A stretch of DNA of 32,000 nt from Desulfocapsa sulfexigens DSM 10523 (GCF_000341395.1 NC_020304.1:2940001-2972000); one strand, 5' to 3'; shown: positions 9,095-19,540, counted from the stretch's first letter. The notes: generated by a model not told the origin, from the letters alone. Numbers and translations are program-made.

Positions 9095-11701
9095 TTACTC
9101 GACGGTTTCTGGGCTGACTGCTTTTTCCGTTTCCTGCGGCGTGGCTGTTTGAATTTTTCTGAGTTCCACTCTGCGATTTTTTGAACGACCGGTGTCTGTT
9201 GTGTTGTCAGCGATCGGCTCTGCAGCACCATATCCTTTCGCCTGGAGGGAGTCAGCAGAAACACCTTTGGATACCAGGTAATTCAGTACGGATTGGGCAC
9301 GCTGGGTGGAGAGTTGCAGGTTTGATTCTTCCTCACCAATTGAATCGGTATGGCCAGCTATTTCCATCTGGAGATCAGAATTGATCTGAAGAATGGCTGC
9401 GGTTGTATCAAGTGCATGATGAGCGTCTTCAGTGAGTTCTGCCGTTCCAAATTGAAAGCTTATTCCTTCAAGAACAACCGTGGTCTGTTCTTCAGTACAT
9501 CCGGCATTATCAATTGCTTCACCGGAATTGCTGCCGGGACAGAGATCGAGCCTGTCAACCAGGCCATCACCATCCGAGTCTTTCTCACACCCCTGTTCAT
9601 CGACTTTGGCCCCTTTAATAGTGTCCGGACAGGCGTCCTCAGCATCTGATATGCCATCGTTATCACTATCGGTGGTCATAAGCTTGAGTTTGTCCCGTTC
9701 AGCAGTCAGTGCCGAGAGACTTGTTTGCAGTGCGGTGACTTCGGCAAGGCTTTTCGTCAGATTTTCCTGATTGGCGTTGAAAGAGTCTTCCAGCTCTTTG
9801 TTTGTATCTTTAAGGGCTGTCACTTGTTCCTTAATGGATTCAATTAATGCTGTTTGCTCATCGGCTGCAGCTTTTGCAGTGGCGGCTTCCTCAGTCAGTC
9901 TTTCAATCTCTTGTTGTTGCACAGTACTAGTGTCTGTCTCATTGCTTTGTTGAGCTTTTGCCTCATCGAGGGCGGTCTGGAGAGAGGCAAGTTGTTCATT
10001 ATTCGTGCTAAGTTGATCGGTAAGATTTTGAATAGTTGCGTCTTTTTGTGAGACAAGAGCAGTATGTTCTTTAATCTGGCTATCGGAAAGGGCCTTAGCG
10101 GCGGTAAGATCTGCGACGAGTTGTGCGATCTTCTGTTCCTTTTCGGCACCATCGTTGGCCGTAATTTGGGAGGTTAATTGTTGTATGGTTGCTTCTTTTT
10201 CAGCTAGAGTAGAAGAAATTTGATCAATTTCTTTCTGTAAATCGGTTGAGTGCTTTACAGCTGTTTCCGTCGCAGCAGTTTGTTGATCAAGAAGACTCTG
10301 CAGAGACTCGACCTGCTGGGCATGCTGTTTGTCTGTATCTGTTTGTTGAGTACTCAGGGTCTCAATTTCTTCACGGGCCTGGGAAAGAGCAAGCTGGACT
10401 TCCCCAAGAGCAGATTTTGCAGGTTCAAGCTCTTTGCTGAGTGAATCGTTTACCGCTTGCAGTTCAGCAAGAGTTGTTTCAGAGTGGGTGCTGTTCTCAG
10501 TGAGGAGCGCATTTTGTTCACTCGCTTCTTTCAGTTGTTGTTCAAGGGAACTGAGCTTTTCTGTCAACTGAGCAGTGACTTCCTGATTTTGTATGATGAT
10601 ATTTTCAATTTCCTGATCTTTGTCAGTCAAAAGGATCTGCAACTCGGTCAGTGTTTGGCCAGCTTCTTCTTTCATGTGGTGCAATTTGTTAAGCTCATCG
10701 CTTAAAAACTGATTGTCTGTCTGCAGCAGTAGCAGCTTTTCCTGGTTTTCAGCATTGCTGTTTTCGCTTACCTGCAGGTCATTGAGCAAATCCTGGAGGT
10801 GTGCACTCTGCTCATTGATTTGTGACTGTAAAGTGGTGTTACTGAGTTCAAGTTCCTGGATTTTGGTAATAGCTGCGGCGAGTCTACCATCTTCAGCCGG
10901 GGTGGGCTGTTGATTCATCTTTTCAATAAGGGCACTAATTTCAGCTAGAGCGGCGTCTGTGGGCCTCTGAGTGGTTGCTGATGCTCCGGGCTGACCAGTG
11001 GTTCCGGACAGTTGTTCAAGTTGTTCCTGGAGGTCAACAACCTGTTGGGTTTTACGTGCCAGTTCGTCAAGCACCAGGGATAAATTCATTGCCTTGGTGT
11101 TGTTGGCACTTCTTGAATGCTTTATTGTTTCTGTACTTGCTTCAAGCTGTTCTTTATATAGTGCAATGGCCTCATCTTTTTCCTTAAGGGCGGCGGCCAG
11201 CATTTTGAGTCGTGCGTCTTTGTGCTCAAGGGAATTCTGTGATGTCTTGAGATGCCTGGTTATCTCATGGATCTCTGCTTCGAGGGCACCTTTTTCTTTT
11301 TCTGCACTGGCCAGTAGTTTCTGTTGTTCATCAAATTGTTTTTGAAGGGTGGTGAATTCGACCATGCGTTTACTGGCATCATCAAGTTGTTTGTTCAGCT
11401 GTTCGTGAAGGTCTTTTACCTGCTGCTGGTATAATGCTTTCTCTTTTTCGATGGCAGTTATAGTATTCGAAAGCTCGGGGATAAGGTCATTTTTCTTTCG
11501 GGCATTTTCGGCAGAAAGAGTTGTTTCTTTAAGTGTCTGCTGTATCTCACTGATCAGCTGTTCCTTTTTTTTGACGGTTTGCTGGATGTCTTGTTTATCA
11601 AGTGCCAGTTGAGCACTTTTCTGCATGTAAAAAATAAGAAAAAGAGAAATGATAAGTATGGTGAGTATACTGCCGTAGACGATTTTTGCTGTTGACCCCA
11701 T
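9095..11701 (-). CDS. Long coiled-coil protein with N-terminal TM anchor, thrombospondin type-3-like Asp-rich repeats and a C-terminal OmpA domain
   Basis: N-terminal TM (IVYGSILTILIISLFLIFYM), about 600 aa of heptad-rich E/Q/L sequence, DSDNDGISDAEDACPDT / DSDGDGLVDRLDLCPGS, and an OmpA signature region (MEIAGHTDSIGEEESNLQLSTQRAQSVLNYLVSKGV). Confidence 0.9.
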   Translation of the reverse strand: MGSTAKIVYGSILTILIISLFLIFYMQKSAQLALDKQDIQQTVKKKEQLISEIQQTLKETTLSAENARKKNDLIPELSNTITAIEKEKALYQQQVKDLHEQLNKQLDDASKRMVEFTTLQKQFDEQQKLLASAEKEKGALEAEIHEITRHLKTSQNSLEHKDARLKMLAAALKEKDEAIALYKEQLEASTETIKHSRSANNTKAMNLSLVLDELARKTQQVVDLQEQLEQLSGTTGQPGASATTQRPTDAALAEISALIEKMNQQPTPAEDGRLAAAITKIQELELSNTTLQSQINEQSAHLQDLLNDLQVSENSNAENQEKLLLLQTDNQFLSDELNKLHHMKEEAGQTLTELQILLTDKDQEIENIIIQNQEVTAQLTEKLSSLEQQLKEASEQNALLTENSTHSETTLAELQAVNDSLSKELEPAKSALGEVQLALSQAREEIETLSTQQTDTDKQHAQQVESLQSLLDQQTAATETAVKHSTDLQKEIDQISSTLAEKEATIQQLTSQITANDGAEKEQKIAQLVADLTAAKALSDSQIKEHTALVSQKDATIQNLTDQLSTNNEQLASLQTALDEAKAQQSNETDTSTVQQQEIERLTEEAATAKAAADEQTALIESIKEQVTALKDTNKELEDSFNANQENLTKSLAEVTALQTSLSALTAERDKLKLMTTDSDNDGISDAEDACPDTIKGAKVDEQGCEKDSDGDGLVDRLDLCPGSNSGEAIDNAGCTEEQTTVVLEGISFQFGTAELTEDAHHALDTTAAILQINSDLQMEIAGHTDSIGEEESNLQLSTQRAQSVLNYLVSKGVSADSLQAKGYGAAEPIADNTTDTGRSKNRRVELRKIQTATPQETEKAVSPETVE

Positions 11702-11926
11702 AATTTTTACCCCGGAAGAAAATTGAACGCCTATATTTTGTAATATTGTATATTAGTGGTACTGATGAGTACCTTTAATCTGTAAACAGAATAACTTGGC
11801 TATTGATACCCCCTCTTAGTTCCAATTGCAAGTTGTCTGAGTAATAACTCGAGTAAAGAGAAAAAGGAGAAGAAGGGAAAGTTCAGATCCAACCTCCCTG
11901 TGCTTCAGTAAACAGCACCTGAAAAT

Positions 11927-12289
11927 CTAATTTACGGTGGGAGCAGTTCCTAAAACTTTTGCATTGATTTTTTCTTTCTGGCTATCACTTGGTTCAGGTT
12001 TGCTCCAGTGGATAAAGGCCTCAGTTACCCGCATATAGTCACCATCATCTTTTTTACATAAGTCACAGATGCTTTCTGCCTGGTCGCGGTATATGATGAG
12101 CTTAGAGGCTGGTTCACCATCTTTTGCCACTGCAGCCATCTTTTTACAGCCGCATGCCAGGCGAACTATAACCACACCGATGCCGTCGGGACTTCCCTCA
12201 AGGATTCCTTCAATCATGGCTTCTTCGTTTTTTTCGGCAACCAGCGTTTTAGTTTTTGTTTTCCCAGTGGATTTATTTTTTTTTGCCAT
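11927..12289 (-). CDS. Small conserved-looking hypothetical with paired Cys motifs
   Basis: ORF 11927..12382 in the track; the basic N-terminus MAKKNKSTGKTKTK starting at 12289 is a plausible start, alternatives are 12382 and about 12310. Cys motifs CGC and CDLC. Confidence 0.6.
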   Translation of the reverse strand: MAKKNKSTGKTKTKTLVAEKNEEAMIEGILEGSPDGIGVVIVRLACGCKKMAAVAKDGEPASKLIIYRDQAESICDLCKKDDGDYMRVTEAFIHWSKPEPSDSQKEKINAKVLGTAPTVN

Positions 12290-12591
12290 TTTCTTGTCTC
12301 TCTGCATTTCTATTATTAATGAATTGTTAGGAGTTTGTACTATAAGACGGATTGATTTCAGGTCAATGTTTTTCGGGTTCATTCTGGTCTGATTTCAGCG
12401 CTAGCAGGGGAGATTGAGCTTTTCACAATATATCCCCTTTAAACGTTAGAATTATACTTGACAAAAAGCAGGTGTTGAATTACTTGGTCTATACACGAAA
12501 CAAGTGTTCCAGTTTGCGTTAATGCTTATGGAGACTGAAAAAGATACCTTTTGTATCTTTTTTAATTTTTTATTTATTTTAGGAGGTTATT

Positions 12592-12780
12592 ATGGCTTGG
12601 GAAGTAGTTGTAGACAAAGACAAATGTGCTGGTGATGAAGAATGTGTAAACGCTTGTCCTGCTCAGGTTTACGAGATGGTAGACGGAAAAGCAGAGGTTG
12701 TTGAAGAAGACGAGTGTCTCGGTTGTGAGACCTGCGTTGAAGTTTGTCCTGAAGGCGCTATCACCGTAACTGAAGTCTAA
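12592..12780 (+). CDS. Di-cluster ferredoxin with CxxDxxCxxxCP first motif
   Basis: KCAGDEECVNACP then CLGCETCVEVCPEG; AGGAGG upstream of the ATG. Confidence 0.95.
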   Translation: MAWEVVVDKDKCAGDEECVNACPAQVYEMVDGKAEVVEEDECLGCETCVEVCPEGAITVTEV

Positions 12781-12804
12781 GTCATTTAGAACTCGGTTTG
12801 TTGC

Positions 12805-12836
12805 AAGCCCATTCTCCCGTCAGGGAGGATGGGCTT
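12805..12836 (+). terminator. Rho-independent terminator of the ferredoxin gene
   Basis: aagcccattctccc / gtca / gggaggatgggctt: 14-bp stem with one G-T pair, 4-nt loop, then a moderately T-rich tail. Confidence 0.75.
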
Positions 12837-12864
12837 GTCTTATTTATGGGGTAGACAAATTCAA

Positions 12865-13329
12865 ATGGCTGGGAAACTTTCCAAACTCAAACCAGGTGCA
12901 TCCCGATCGGTACATCTTCTGGTAGCAGCAACACTGTGGACAGTTGTCGGTATCTCTCTGATGTCCAGGGGGATTGTGTGGCTGAATGGGCTTGGACAAC
13001 TGTGGATTGTACTCCCTGGTCTGCTGCTGGGTTCTCTTAAATCCCTCTTTATGCTGGATCGTTCAGCCATAAAAAGTATAAATCGCATAATCGCCACCCG
13101 TGATGGCCGATGTATCGGTGGTGTATATTCAGTTAAAACCTGGCTGCTGGTGTTGCTCATGATGGCAGCAGGCTGTCTCATGCGTAATTCGAGTCTGCCA
13201 AAAGAGTTGCTTGGACTGTTTTATGTCTCCATCGGCTGGGGCCTGTTGTTTTCATCGAGAACTGCCTGGGTTGCCTGGAAAAAAGGTGACGAAGTTCCTC
13301 TAAAGAAAAACACGGGTATGGGCGTGTAG
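12865..13329 (+). CDS. Hypothetical membrane protein
   Basis: ORF with about 4 hydrophobic segments. The track start at 12829 lies inside the terminator stem, so ATG at 12865 is preferred. Confidence 0.6.
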   Translation: MAGKLSKLKPGASRSVHLLVAATLWTVVGISLMSRGIVWLNGLGQLWIVLPGLLLGSLKSLFMLDRSAIKSINRIIATRDGRCIGGVYSVKTWLLVLLMMAAGCLMRNSSLPKELLGLFYVSIGWGLLFSSRTAWVAWKKGDEVPLKKNTGMGV

Positions 13330-13335
13330 ATTGAA

Positions 13336-14460
13336 ATGAGCACTTCTTTTAATCAGATTCTGATAAGTCGTTCAGCCCTTTGCCACAATTATCGTCTTCT
13401 CTCAGAACGTGTAGGGAAAACCGCCCACTTACTTGCCATGGTCAAAGCTGATGCTTATGGTCACGGGATGATTCAGACTGCAGGTGTTCTGAATAATGCC
13501 GGATGCCGTCATTTTGGTGTGGCTGAAGTTGGTGAAGGAGTTCAGTTACGAGAGTCAGGTGTTGAAGGGGCTATTTTTGTCTTTCTTGGCTTTGATCCCC
13601 TGGATGTCTCACTTTTTTTTGAGTATGATCTCATTCCTGTGATTTATGATCTTGAGAGTGCACGTGTATTATCCCTTGAGGCCGTAAAGCGTGATACAGT
13701 CATAGAAGTTCATGTGAAAGTGGACTGTGGAATGACTCGCCTCGGGATATTTCCGGAAGCGTTTGGAGTTTTTTCCTCTGCACTGCAGCAATTACCTGGG
13801 ATTACCTTGACTGGTATCGCCAGCCATTTTCCGCGATCCGATGAGGCAGATTCCGACCATACTTCCAAACAGTTTTTACGCTTTGAAAAGCTTTTTGCCA
13901 TTGCCGGGCATGCAGATACACTTATAAAACATATCGCTAACTCCGGCGGAGTTCTCTATTTCCCTCATACATCTTGTGATATGGCCAGGGCAGGGATATC
14001 GCTCTATGGCTACTATCCTGATGGAATGATTGGAAGTGCAGCCGAAAATGGGGAACAGTTGCAACCTGTCATGTCCTTTGTTACACGAGTCCTTCAGGTG
14101 AAAACTGTACCGGCCGGAGTTGGAATCAGTTATGGCCATACCTACGTCACCAGTCGTGAGACACGTCTGGCTGTGCTCCCGGTTGGCTATGAAGACGGTT
14201 TGTCACGAAGTCTCTCCAATAAAGGGGAAGTTCTCGTTCATGGTGAGCGGGCAAAAGTGAGGGGCCGCATCTGCATGAACTTATGCATGGTTGATGTCTC
14301 CCATATTGAAGGTGTTCAGGCAGGGGATGAAGTAATTATTCTTGGCCGACAGGGAAAGGACACCATAAGCGGTGATGAAATCGCGGGGTGGATGGATAGT
14401 ATCTCCTACGAGGTACTCTGTCTCTTTGGAAATAATAACGAAAGAAAATATATAGAATGA
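13336..14460 (+). CDS. alr: Alanine racemase
   Basis: N-terminal SRSALCHNYRLL; PLP-lysine motif MVKADAYGHGM; VDCGMTRLG; SYGHTYVT; VLPVGYEDG; C-terminal GRICMNLCMVDVSH. Confidence 0.95.
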   Translation: MSTSFNQILISRSALCHNYRLLSERVGKTAHLLAMVKADAYGHGMIQTAGVLNNAGCRHFGVAEVGEGVQLRESGVEGAIFVFLGFDPLDVSLFFEYDLIPVIYDLESARVLSLEAVKRDTVIEVHVKVDCGMTRLGIFPEAFGVFSSALQQLPGITLTGIASHFPRSDEADSDHTSKQFLRFEKLFAIAGHADTLIKHIANSGGVLYFPHTSCDMARAGISLYGYYPDGMIGSAAENGEQLQPVMSFVTRVLQVKTVPAGVGISYGHTYVTSRETRLAVLPVGYEDGLSRSLSNKGEVLVHGERAKVRGRICMNLCMVDVSHIEGVQAGDEVIILGRQGKDTISGDEIAGWMDSISYEVLCLFGNNNERKYIE

Positions 14461-16124
14461 TTCTTGAACGATTACAGAAACTGGTTGATGGCTGTTTTGA
14501 AAGAGGAGTGAATGAAGGGAAGTGGTCTGCCAAGGCTTCCGGAAAATATTCACTTGAAGTTCCAAAACGTGATGGCCAGGGGGATTACTCTACCAATATG
14601 GCCATGGTCATGGCTGGAATGGAGAAAAAAAATCCTCGGGAGATTGCTGGAGCATTGCTGGAACTGCTTGGTGAGGATGACAGCATCATCGAAAAACTGG
14701 AAATTGCAGGTCCCGGGTTTGTGAATATCTTTCTCAAGAAACAGGTGTGGCAGGATATCATCAATCCAGTGCTTGCGGCCGGGAAGACCTATGGTCAATC
14801 CAGGGTGGGAAATGGCAAAAACGTTATGGTTGAATTTGTCAGTGCCAATCCAACCGGGCCATTAAGCATTGGACATGGTCGTCAGGCTATTCTTGGTGAT
14901 GCCATTGCCAGATTGCTCGAAGCGACGGGTCATTCAGTGTACCGTGAATATTATTTTAATGATGCCGGACGTCAGATGCGGGTACTTGGTCAATCCACCA
15001 GGGCACGTTATCTTGAACTCCAGAACAAGCCATTCGAATTTCCTGAGGATGGATATCAGGGAGAGTATATTCAGGACATTGCGCAGGAACTCTACAATGA
15101 ACAGGGTGACGCACTGGTAGACGAGGAGGACACACTTCCTTTTACTCAAAAGGCAAAAGATGTTATTTTTGCTGATATTTCCTCAACTCTGAAACGAATG
15201 GGGATTGTCTTTGACAACTATTACAACGAGCACTCCCTCTACGATGAAGGGCATATTGATTCCGTTGTAAAAGAACTTCGTGAAAAAGGGCTGGTATACG
15301 AGAAGGATGATGCCGTCTGGTTTAAAACAACTGAATTTGGTCATGACCAGGACAGGGTGATTATTAAAAATACTGGTGAACCCACATATAGACTCCCTGA
15401 TATTGCCTACCATCGTGAAAAATTTAAACGTAATTTTGACTGGATGATAGATGTTTTCGGCTCGGATCATATTGCCACCGTTCCTGATGTGATGGCAGGA
15501 CTTGAGGCCCTCGGGTACGATTCACAGAAGGTTACTGTTGTTTTACATCAGTTTGTAACGCTTACCCGAAATGGCAAGCAGGTTAAAATGTCCACCCGTA
15601 AGGCAACCTTTGTCACGGTTGACGAACTGCTTGATATGGTCGGTCCCGATGTTGCCCGATTTTATTTTATGATGCGCAAGGCCGACAGTCAGCTTGAGTT
15701 TGATCTGGATCTTGCGACGAGTGAAGAAAAAGATAATCCTGTCCACTATGTTCAGTATGGTCATGCAAGACTCTGCTCAATCATGCGCAAGGCTGAAGAA
15801 TTGGGGATGGAAAATAATAGTGTGTGTAATGCTGATCTTTCGCTCCTGAAGGAACCGGAAGAGATACAACTATTAAAACGTATGGCCTCTTTTCCCGGAT
15901 CCGTGGAATCGGCTGCACTTGATCTCGCGCCACACCGTGCCATATTTTTCCTGATGGAACTTGCAGGGGACTGGCATAGTTATTATAACAAACACAAAGT
16001 GATAGATCCTGAAAATGTTCCCCAGGCAGTTACCGACGCCCGCCTTTGTCTGGTTGCAGCTTTGCGGCAGGTTTTTAAGAATGGATTGGAAATGCTCGGT
16101 CTGACTGCTCTGGAGAAAATGTAG
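14457..16124 (+). CDS. argS: Arginyl-tRNA synthetase
   Basis: VEFVSANPTGPLSIGHGRQAILGD (HIGH-like signature) and a DALR-type C-terminal region; overlaps the alr stop (ATGA). Confidence 0.96.
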   Translation: MILERLQKLVDGCFERGVNEGKWSAKASGKYSLEVPKRDGQGDYSTNMAMVMAGMEKKNPREIAGALLELLGEDDSIIEKLEIAGPGFVNIFLKKQVWQDIINPVLAAGKTYGQSRVGNGKNVMVEFVSANPTGPLSIGHGRQAILGDAIARLLEATGHSVYREYYFNDAGRQMRVLGQSTRARYLELQNKPFEFPEDGYQGEYIQDIAQELYNEQGDALVDEEDTLPFTQKAKDVIFADISSTLKRMGIVFDNYYNEHSLYDEGHIDSVVKELREKGLVYEKDDAVWFKTTEFGHDQDRVIIKNTGEPTYRLPDIAYHREKFKRNFDWMIDVFGSDHIATVPDVMAGLEALGYDSQKVTVVLHQFVTLTRNGKQVKMSTRKATFVTVDELLDMVGPDVARFYFMMRKADSQLEFDLDLATSEEKDNPVHYVQYGHARLCSIMRKAEELGMENNSVCNADLSLLKEPEEIQLLKRMASFPGSVESAALDLAPHRAIFFLMELAGDWHSYYNKHKVIDPENVPQAVTDARLCLVAALRQVFKNGLEMLGLTALEKM

Positions 16125-16140
16125 TAACACAGAAGAATGT

Positions 16141-16404
16141 ATGGCTCCCAGAAAACGGAAAAAACCGGTCAAGAAAGTTAAATTTCAAGTGACCAGAAGT
16201 GGAATAGCCGGTATTGCCGTTGTCTGTTTCTGCATATTTCTCTGGATGTTTTTGATTGGCGTCTGGGCTGGGCAGTCACTTCTGTATCCACCAGTGAATG
16301 ATACCAAGAGTTCTCCAGAAGTATCAGATAGTGGTAAGGGGAAGCAGGTATTTGAAGTTATTCAGCTGGAAGCGGATAAAAAGAAAAAAATAATTCAGAA
16401 ATAG
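16141..16404 (+). CDS. Small membrane-anchored protein of unknown function
   Basis: Basic N-terminus MAPRKRKKPVKKVK then a single TM segment (GIAGIAVVCFCIFLWMFLIGVWAG); located between argS and the GNAT gene. Confidence 0.6.
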   Translation: MAPRKRKKPVKKVKFQVTRSGIAGIAVVCFCIFLWMFLIGVWAGQSLLYPPVNDTKSSPEVSDSGKGKQVFEVIQLEADKKKKIIQK

Positions 16405-16409
16405 TTTTT

Positions 16410-16877
16410 ATGATAATACGAAACGCCACAATGAGTGATGTGAAAGCGATGCATTCACTTCTCAATCATTATGCTGATAAGGGGCAGTTGCTCGGACGCT
16501 CCTTCAGTTCTTTATATGATAAACTCCGCGACTTTAAAGTATGTATTGATACAGATGGCGTTCTTGTCGGTTTGTGCGCTCTCAATATAATATGGGAAGA
16601 TCTTGCAGAAATCAGGTCCCTGGCCGTTCTGGAAAATTCACAGGGAAAAAAAATAGGGCAAAAGCTGGTACGTGCCTGTCTGGAAGAAGCCAATCGCTAT
16701 AATATCACGAAAGTTTTCACACTGACATATAAGGCTGGATTTTTCCGAAAACAGGGTTTTAAAGATATTGATAAGAGCCAACTGCCCCATAAGATCTGGA
16801 GTGATTGTCTGAACTGCCCCAAATTTCCAGACTGTGATGAAGAGGCTTTGCAGTGTATCGTCTCTGATGTTTTATGA
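16410..16877 (+). CDS. GNAT-family acetyltransferase, argA-like N-acetylglutamate synthase
   Basis: IRNATMSDVKAMHSLLNHYADKGQLLGRS and LAVLENSQGKKIGQKLVRACLEEA; C-terminal LPHKIWSDCLNCPKFPDCDE resembles short deltaproteobacterial argA-like proteins. Confidence 0.8.
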   Translation: MIIRNATMSDVKAMHSLLNHYADKGQLLGRSFSSLYDKLRDFKVCIDTDGVLVGLCALNIIWEDLAEIRSLAVLENSQGKKIGQKLVRACLEEANRYNITKVFTLTYKAGFFRKQGFKDIDKSQLPHKIWSDCLNCPKFPDCDEEALQCIVSDVL

Positions 16878-16914
16878 TTTTCTACAATTTTAATAAAAAG
16901 AGTGAATTGCAATT

Positions 16915-19473
16915 ATGATAGGGAAAGCCTTAACAAGGGTCTTTGGAAGCAAGAATGATCGTGTCCTCAAACAGATCAAACCATTGGTCAATAGAATTAA
17001 TGAACTTGAAAGTACGGTAGCATCACTCGATGATGCACAGCTTGCTGCAAGAACCGTTGAATTTCGTGAACGGTTTGCCAAAGGCGAAAATCTTGACCAG
17101 CTTCTTCCGGAAGCTTTCGCAACCATGCGAGAGGCCGGTAAACGTGTACTTGGTGAGCGGCATTACGATGTGCAGCTTATTGGTGGCGTGATCCTTCATC
17201 AGGGGAAAATTGCTGAGATGAAAACCGGAGAAGGGAAAACACTTACCTCGACGCTTCCTGTCTATCTCAATGCTATTCCCGGAAAAGGTGTTCATCTGGT
17301 AACGGTGAATGATTATCTTGCTGCCCGTGATGCCGAGTGGATGGGAAAGGTTTATAATTTTCTTGGTATGTCTGTTGGGAAAATTATTCACGATATGGGC
17401 GATGATGAAAGGAGGCAAGCCTATGCTGCTGATGTGACCTACGGGACGAATAACGAGTTTGGCTTTGATTATCTGCGCGATAACATGAAGTTTGAAATGA
17501 GTGATTTTTGTCAGCGGGGATTTAACTTTGCCATTGTGGATGAGGTTGATTCCATTCTGATCGATGAGGCCAGAACACCTCTTATCATTTCGGGACCTGC
17601 GGAAATATCCACAGAAATGTATGGAAATGTTGACAAGATTATGGGCTCTTTTAAAGCAGATGAACATTATCTTGTGGATGAAAAGGCAAAACAGGTAACC
17701 CTTACTGAAGAGGGTGTTGCTCTTGGCGAAGAGCTTCTTGGTGTTGAAAATCTCTATGAGCCTGAGTCTATTGAGCAGTTGCATCATCTCAATCAGGCGT
17801 TGAAGGCACATACTCTTTTTCAAAGGGATATAGATTATATCGTTAAGAATGGCGAAGTTGTTATTGTTGATGAATTTACTGGTCGCACCATGGAAGGCCG
17901 TCGATACAGTGATGGGCTGCATCAGGCATTGGAAGCAAAAGAGCATGTGAAAATCGAAAAAGAAAACCAGACACTTGCCTCCATTACCTTCCAGAATTAT
18001 TTCCGCATGTATGACAAGCTCTCAGGAATGACCGGAACCGCTGATACAGAGGCCTCGGAATTTAAAAATATCTATGACCTTGATGTGGTTATTATGCCTA
18101 CCAATATGCCCATGGTCAGGAAGGACTTTGCCGATGTAATATACAAAAATATTGCTGCAAAGGAACGGGCGGTGATTCGTGAAATCAAGGCCCTGCATGA
18201 AAAAGGTCAGCCGGTACTGGTCGGTACCATTTCCATCGATGTCTCTGAAAAAATTTCGAGATTACTGAAAAAAGAAAAAGTAGAGCACGAGGTCTTAAAT
18301 GCCAAACAGCACGATCGTGAAGCTGAAATTATTGCTGACGCCGGGCAGTATGGAAAGGTGACCATTGCCACCAATATGGCTGGACGTGGTACTGATATAA
18401 AACTGAGTAAGGAATCAAAAGAAGCCGGTGGACTCCATATACTGGGAACTTCCCGCCATGAATCTCGACGTATTGACAATCAGCTTCGCGGTCGTTCAGG
18501 GCGTCAGGGCGATCCAGGGTCCTCCCGTTTCTTCCTCTCCCTGGAAGACGATTTGCTTCGTATTTTCGGGTCCGGGAGAATATCAGGAATTATGGATAAA
18601 CTTGGTATGGAAGAGGATGAGCCAATCGAACATAACCTCATTTCCAGAGCCATTGAAAACGCCCAGAAAAAGGTGGAAGGGCACAACTTTGATATACGTA
18701 AGCATCTCCTCGAGTATGACGATGTTATGAATAAGCAGCGCGAGGTCATTTATCGACAGCGCAGGGAAGTGCTTTCCGGTAGTGATCTGGCCGAGGTGGT
18801 GCAGGATATGATTGCTGACCAGAAAGAACTGCTCATTTCATCATTCTCTAATTCTCGTCTTGCCTCTGAAGACTGGAACTGGGACGGCTTTGAGGAGCAG
18901 ATGCTTGAGCTTTTCCAGGTCAAGGTTGATTGGGATGATTCTGATAAGTCAGGAATGGATGCAGAAAGTTTTCGGGAAAAGGTTTCTGCAATGATTGATG
19001 ATCATTATAAGAGTCAGGAAGAGTATAACGGTGTAGATACTCAACGACATCTCGAACGGGTTATTTTACTGCAGATGGTTGATACACACTGGAAGGATCA
19101 TCTCCTCTCCATGGATCACCTGAAACAGGGAATTGGACTGCGTGGTTACGGCCAAAAAAAACCACTGGATGAGTATAAAAAGGAGGGATACAATCTCTTT
19201 ATCCGCATGATTGAAACCGTGAAACAGGAGACTGTAAAAACCCTGATGCGCGTCAGAATCATGCAGGAAGATGACGTGGAACGACTGGAAGCCGAGAGAC
19301 GAGAACGACTGGAAACAGAGCGTGCTCAGGCAAAACTGAACAAAGGGCCTGCCGGCGAGGAGACGCCCGTTGCTCAGCCGGAAAAGAGAGAAGGGGATAA
19401 GATAGGCCGTAATGCCCCCTGTAGCTGTGGATCCGGAAAGAAATTTAAGAAATGTTGCGGAAAGCCCAACTGA
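16915..19473 (+). CDS. secA: Preprotein translocase ATPase SecA
   Basis: [52 protein letters not shown]-terminal SEC-C zinc motif [15 protein letters not shown]. Confidence 0.98.
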   Translation: MIGKALTRVFGSKNDRVLKQIKPLVNRINELESTVASLDDAQLAARTVEFRERFAKGENLDQLLPEAFATMREAGKRVLGERHYDVQLIGGVILHQGKIAEMKTGEGKTLTSTLPVYLNAIPGKGVHLVTVNDYLAARDAEWMGKVYNFLGMSVGKIIHDMGDDERRQAYAADVTYGTNNEFGFDYLRDNMKFEMSDFCQRGFNFAIVDEVDSILIDEARTPLIISGPAEISTEMYGNVDKIMGSFKADEHYLVDEKAKQVTLTEEGVALGEELLGVENLYEPESIEQLHHLNQALKAHTLFQRDIDYIVKNGEVVIVDEFTGRTMEGRRYSDGLHQALEAKEHVKIEKENQTLASITFQNYFRMYDKLSGMTGTADTEASEFKNIYDLDVVIMPTNMPMVRKDFADVIYKNIAAKERAVIREIKALHEKGQPVLVGTISIDVSEKISRLLKKEKVEHEVLNAKQHDREAEIIADAGQYGKVTIATNMAGRGTDIKLSKESKEAGGLHILGTSRHESRRIDNQLRGRSGRQGDPGSSRFFLSLEDDLLRIFGSGRISGIMDKLGMEEDEPIEHNLISRAIENAQKKVEGHNFDIRKHLLEYDDVMNKQREVIYRQRREVLSGSDLAEVVQDMIADQKELLISSFSNSRLASEDWNWDGFEEQMLELFQVKVDWDDSDKSGMDAESFREKVSAMIDDHYKSQEEYNGVDTQRHLERVILLQMVDTHWKDHLLSMDHLKQGIGLRGYGQKKPLDEYKKEGYNLFIRMIETVKQETVKTLMRVRIMQEDDVERLEAERRERLETERAQAKLNKGPAGEETPVAQPEKREGDKIGRNAPCSCGSGKKFKKCCGKPN

Positions 19474-19504
19474 TAGTTGATATTTTCATTTTAGGTTGTT
19501 TGGA

Positions 19505-19540
19505 AAAACGGGTTTTGGAATATCTTCCAAAACCCGTTTT
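19505..19540 (+). terminator. Strong rho-independent terminator after secA
   Basis: aaaacgggttttggaa / tatc / ttccaaaacccgtttt: perfect 16-bp stem, 4-nt loop, followed by ttcttt. Confidence 0.9.

Noticed and set aside
9095-11701. Coiled-coil protein as an SMC/RecN-like or Zorya/ZorA-like defence component
   Set aside because: No Walker motifs and no MotA/ExbB-like domain; the C-terminus is plain OmpA and the neighbours do not form a known defence operon.
12450-12591. Sigma70-like promoter ttgaca ... tataca upstream of the ferredoxin
   Set aside because: Both hexamer-like strings are present, but the spacing is about 26 nt, too long for a normal -35/-10 pair.
12829-12864. Track start codon of the 12829..13329 ORF
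   Set aside because: This ATG lies within the 3' arm of the ferredoxin terminator hairpin; the ATG at 12865 is more plausible.
17023-17946. 307-aa ORF labelled + ([13 protein letters not shown]...)
   Set aside because: Matches the minus strand, antisense to secA; shadow ORF with a mislabelled strand.
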